64,000 nt of DNA. Origin: an uncultured Nitrososphaerota archaeon. GTDB lineage: Archaea > Thermoproteota > Nitrososphaeria > Nitrososphaerales > Gagatemarchaeaceae. The position numbers and the translations under genes were made by a program. The stretch covers positions 608,001 through 672,000 of the forward strand of contig CAVRAG010000008.1 of the NCBI GenBank assembly GCA_963718895.1, read 5' to 3'. Of the stretch, positions 60,825 to 64,000 are shown one piece after another. Positions within the stretch are counted from its first letter, which is position 1, and each line of letters opens with the position of its first letter. The notes below the pieces were generated by a model. It saw nothing but the letters and a program-made list of their open reading frames with translations. It ran no database searches and was not told the origin of the DNA.

Positions 60825-60916
60825 GGGCCCGTAGCTCAGTACGGACAGAGTGGCAGCCCCCTAACCTAGACGGGGTAAGCTGTAGGCCGAGGGTTCAAAT
60901 CCCTCCGGGCCCGCCA
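60825..60916 (+). tRNA. tRNA-Arg(CCT) with 14-nt canonical 37/38 intron and encoded CCA
   Basis: GGGCCCG/CGGGCCC, GCAGC-CCCCTA[ACCTAGACGGGGTA]A-GCTGT, GAGGG-TTCAAAT-CCCTC. Confidence 0.9.
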
Positions 60917-61045
60917 AAGCATCCAAAACATTAAACGAACCAAATCAGCGGGACTCACATGCTGCTTTCCATGACTGCGGGCGAATCTCCGAAAAGGCCG
61001 CCTTCCGCTGCTTTGGACAATGAGCGAACGGAGCCCTAGGCAATC

Positions 61046-61921
61046 ATGGCAAGACAAGGGGTTGGAAACACCGCGACAGGGGCAGCAGTCTGTCGCTTGA
61101 TAGAGCAGTCGCAGCCCAAAGGGGCCCGACTCTTTGACGACGAGGTGATCAAAGTCTTGGTCGGTCCGACCATCCGGATAATGATGCGCTTCGCACCCAT
61201 GCGCAGCTTCACCATGGGACGAGCCGATGCAGTCTTGGATGGGCTTTATGGCGCCCAGGTCTGTCGCACGCGCTTCATCGATGATGCCGTCCAGGCGTCT
61301 CTGTCGCAGGGCATAGGACAGATAGTTATCCTGGGTGCCGGATTTGACACGCGCGCCTACCGCTTGCGTGGAGTGGAGCGTGTGAAGGTTCTTGAACTCG
61401 ACTTGCTTGCAGTGCAAGAAGAGAAAAAGAAAAAACTCCTAGACCACTTTGCCAGATTGCCGGAGAACGTGACCCTTGTCCCCATCGACTTCACTAGTCA
61501 GAGCGTGGAAGCCGTCTTAGCCGGGACAGTGTTTGACCCATCTAGTCCCTCAGTTTTCGTCTGGGAGGGCGTTACACAATACCTCACAGACGAAGCAGTC
61601 CACCGTACATTTGCCTTTGTTGGCAAGTCGGCTCCTGGGAGCACCCTCGTGTTCACGTATGTCTTGAAGAGCGTCATAGAACGGCGCTCTGGTATTCCGG
61701 ATGCAGACAGATTGATGGATGTGATGGCGAAGAATGGTGCACCCTGGCTCTTCGGTCTTGAGCCATCTGACGTCGCATCGTTCCTTGCACCGTACCACCT
61801 TGACTTGGTGGCGGACGTGGGAAACGCAGATTATCAAGCAACGTATCTCAAACCCCGCGGACGGAACCTACAGGTGTCTGAGTGTGAGCGGGTTGCTCAA
61901 TCGATTGTTACTCGCTCGTGA
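61046..61921 (+). CDS. SAM-dependent methyltransferase (leucine carboxyl methyltransferase family)
   Basis: RTRFID, ILGAGFDTRAYR, WEGVTQYL. Confidence 0.88.
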   Translation: MARQGVGNTATGAAVCRLIEQSQPKGARLFDDEVIKVLVGPTIRIMMRFAPMRSFTMGRADAVLDGLYGAQVCRTRFIDDAVQASLSQGIGQIVILGAGFDTRAYRLRGVERVKVLELDLLAVQEEKKKKLLDHFARLPENVTLVPIDFTSQSVEAVLAGTVFDPSSPSVFVWEGVTQYLTDEAVHRTFAFVGKSAPGSTLVFTYVLKSVIERRSGIPDADRLMDVMAKNGAPWLFGLEPSDVASFLAPYHLDLVADVGNADYQATYLKPRGRNLQVSECERVAQSIVTRS

Positions 61922-62156
61922 ATCATCTTCAGCCACGAGCTACTCGAATATCGCAGAGGACAAGTCCCTTCTCCGAAAGTGCACTAGGCAATTCCCTCCG
62001 GTCCCGTCTTCTATCACCTCAGAACGGGCTCCAGTCGGTCCGAAAGGCTCGATTCAAGAGTCCTTACGAGGGTTCATGGCCGCGAGAGCCTGGGCCGCCT
62101 CGCACCCCCTAGAGAACTATCTGGCTAAGTTCTCTGGGCGATAAAGGGGGCGAATG

Positions 62157-63476
62157 TCACCGGGCTAGACGAATCTCGTCTCCCGTCGAGAAGGCATCTT
62201 TCTCCCTGACGACGCCCACTATCTTGCCTTCCTTGTCTACCACTGGGATTGCCCTGAAGCGGTATCGTCTGAACAGGGCTTCAATCGTCCCGCGCCTCGT
62301 CCCTGGATCGACGGTGACGACATTCTTCACCATTATGTCCTCGAGTTTGCTCTCGGGATTGGCTTGGAGGAGTTCGTTGATGTCGATGACTCCTCTCAGG
62401 TGGCCATCGCTGCTCACGACGTAGATGTACATGACTACGAGGGTGCTGGGCGCTTCCTTCCTGAACCTGACAAACGCGTCCTCCACGATCAGGTCCCCCG
62501 GGAACTGCAAGAAGTGGCGGACCGCCAGAACCGACGCGGGGACGTCATGCTGCGTGAGCAGCTCCTGAACTCTGGCCGCGCGGCTCCCGCTCAGCATCTT
62601 CTGGAACTCCTCAGCTTCGTCCCTTGGCAGGACCGAGATGACGTCCGCGATCTCGACGGCGGATAGGTGGTCGAAGATCTGCGCCACGCGCTCGACGCTC
62701 GTGTCGGCAAGTATCTCTCTCTGCACCCTCGGCTCGGTGGCATCGAGGGTCGCCGCGGCCGCTTTGCTGTCAAGGTCGTTGAAGATGTGAATCCTCTCCT
62801 CTCGTCCCAGCTCTTCCAGTATGTCCGCCAGATCCTCCGGGTGTATCTCGCCAAGACGGTTCTTGGCGACGGTGAGCTTGACGTCCCCCTTGGTCGGTGT
62901 CAGGTCGGGTGCCAGGGGCTGGACGTACTTCCAGGGTATGAAGCCCTCTTCCCCAACGTCCTTCGGGCGGCCTCCGCCGAGCCTGCCGAGTCCGAGTCTC
63001 CGCAGGAGGGCGTGCCTGCTTACATCCGCGGCGACCATAAAGAGCTTGTTCTCCACCAAGAGAAGCTGAATGTCGTAGACGACCTCCACGGCGAAACCCG
63101 TCGTATCAAGCACTCGCTTGTCGAGGACCTTGTCGCGCAGCAGCAACAGATCTTCGTCAGGTCCGATCTCGGCGTAACCGCCCTCCGGAGGACTCTGCAC
63201 AGTGATTTGCTTCGGTCCGAACTCGGCGACATCGCTCCAAGAAATCTTCAGCGAAGGGTCGCCGTAGGGTCGTCCCACGATGAGATGGGTGACCTCCGCG
63301 TACTTCGGGTCGTCCCTGGCCACGAAATCCTTCAACTTGCCGAGTTTGGCGCCCGCCTTCGTCCTTACCTTCCATCCGACGACGTCGCTCAGGAGGAAGT
63401 CCTGCGCATGGCCGTTGTTCGCGTGGCCGTTCTGACGCGCGCCTCCGTTCCGCGACGGGGTTTCCGACAATTGCAC
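62157..63476 (-). CDS. Soluble MgtE-like protein (PRC-barrel, MgtE N-domain, CBS pair)
   Basis: HPEDLADILEEL, YIYVV..LRGVI, AIPVVD; no TM region. Confidence 0.82.
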   Translation of the reverse strand: MQLSETPSRNGGARQNGHANNGHAQDFLLSDVVGWKVRTKAGAKLGKLKDFVARDDPKYAEVTHLIVGRPYGDPSLKISWSDVAEFGPKQITVQSPPEGGYAEIGPDEDLLLLRDKVLDKRVLDTTGFAVEVVYDIQLLLVENKLFMVAADVSRHALLRRLGLGRLGGGRPKDVGEEGFIPWKYVQPLAPDLTPTKGDVKLTVAKNRLGEIHPEDLADILEELGREERIHIFNDLDSKAAAATLDATEPRVQREILADTSVERVAQIFDHLSAVEIADVISVLPRDEAEEFQKMLSGSRAARVQELLTQHDVPASVLAVRHFLQFPGDLIVEDAFVRFRKEAPSTLVVMYIYVVSSDGHLRGVIDINELLQANPESKLEDIMVKNVVTVDPGTRRGTIEALFRRYRFRAIPVVDKEGKIVGVVREKDAFSTGDEIRLAR

Positions 63477-63542
63477 TCCCTCCGCTCTCGGCCCGAAGGC
63501 GGAGATACGCCTATCGGAACTCTTGTTCGGAGGTGTCGCGGG

Positions 63543-63710
63543 TCACAAGATAGTGAGGAACTTGTAGGCGAGCAGGATGACCAAGACTATGAGGTATATC
63601 CTGAGCGCGAGAAGAGATAGGCTGGTTCGTCTGGAAAGCCTGATTCTGGGCGTAGCGTACGTCTTGTTGATTTCCCTTATCCTGTTGACCAGTCGCTTGA
63701 GCGGGTTCAT
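63543..63710 (-). CDS. 55-aa single-TM protein (below ORF track cut-off)
   Basis: MNPLKRLVNRIREINKTYATPRIRLSRRTSLSLLALRIYLIVLVILLAYKFLTIL; directly after NRAMP-like stop. Confidence 0.65.
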   Translation of the reverse strand: MNPLKRLVNRIREINKTYATPRIRLSRRTSLSLLALRIYLIVLVILLAYKFLTIL

Positions 63711-63715
63711 GGCTC

Positions 63716-64000
63716 TCAACCAAAGATTCCCGGGAACAAGGTCCCTAGGCCGTAGAGCGTGGACAATATGATGATGACGACGACTATGGTTCCTGCTGTC
63801 GCATTCTGCCTCTTGGTGTTCTTGAACCTCCCCACGAGCTGCTCTTCGTTGAGAAGCAGGATTAAGAAGATGAGGGCGGCTGGCAGCAGCGTCACGGCTA
63901 TCACCTGAACGAACAGCGTGATTGTGACCAACGGGGCGCCCGGTATCAGTACTATGGAAGCGGCGAGGGTCAGGATGAAGAGGCGGAACAGTGTAAATCC
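63716..64000 (-). CDS. NRAMP-like divalent metal transporter, C-terminal part
   Basis: LIPGAPLVTITLFVQV..LLP..LILLLN..GRFKN. Confidence 0.7.
   Translation of the reverse strand, partial: GFTLFRLFILTLAASIVLIPGAPLVTITLFVQVIAVTLLPAALIFLILLLNEEQLVGRFKNTKRQNATAGTIVVVIIILSTLYGLGTLFPGIFG

Noticed and set aside
60917-62150. Lower-GC methyltransferase segment after tRNA-Arg as an integrated element
   Set aside because: No integrase or att repeat found; may be an islet but unsupported
1-64000. CRISPR arrays and rRNA genes
   Set aside because: No regularly spaced repeats or rRNA signatures noticed by eye

Overview
High-GC archaeal chromosome segment, most consistent with a Nitrososphaerota/TACK lineage (ESCRT-III CdvB, GGPP synthase, geranylgeranyl reductases, intron-containing tRNAs, thaumarchaeal-type Nuo subunits, many TTG starts). 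1-17.6 kb is a molybdoenzyme island with two paralogous Tat-exported PaoABC-like operons. Each operon is followed by a DUF5678-like small gene and retropepsin-fold genes with altered catalytic motifs. The island also holds two MocA-like genes, a cytochrome b, a cupredoxin and a shared palindromic operator. 17.7-21.2 kb is a 3.3-kb integrated element at a two-intron tRNA-Glu. 22.9-33.2 kb and 52-55.7 kb hold a split complex I (no nuoEFG in this window) of the 2M type, with an elongated NuoL helix. NuoB and NuoI each carry a LAGLIDADG intein inserted at an Fe-S ligand cysteine, and a free-standing LAGLIDADG gene abuts nuoD. The rest is housekeeping/accessory genes plus tRNA-Arg(CCT). Five single-base frameshifts share one signature and are probably sequencing errors. 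All family assignments come from motif recognition by eye, not from database searches.
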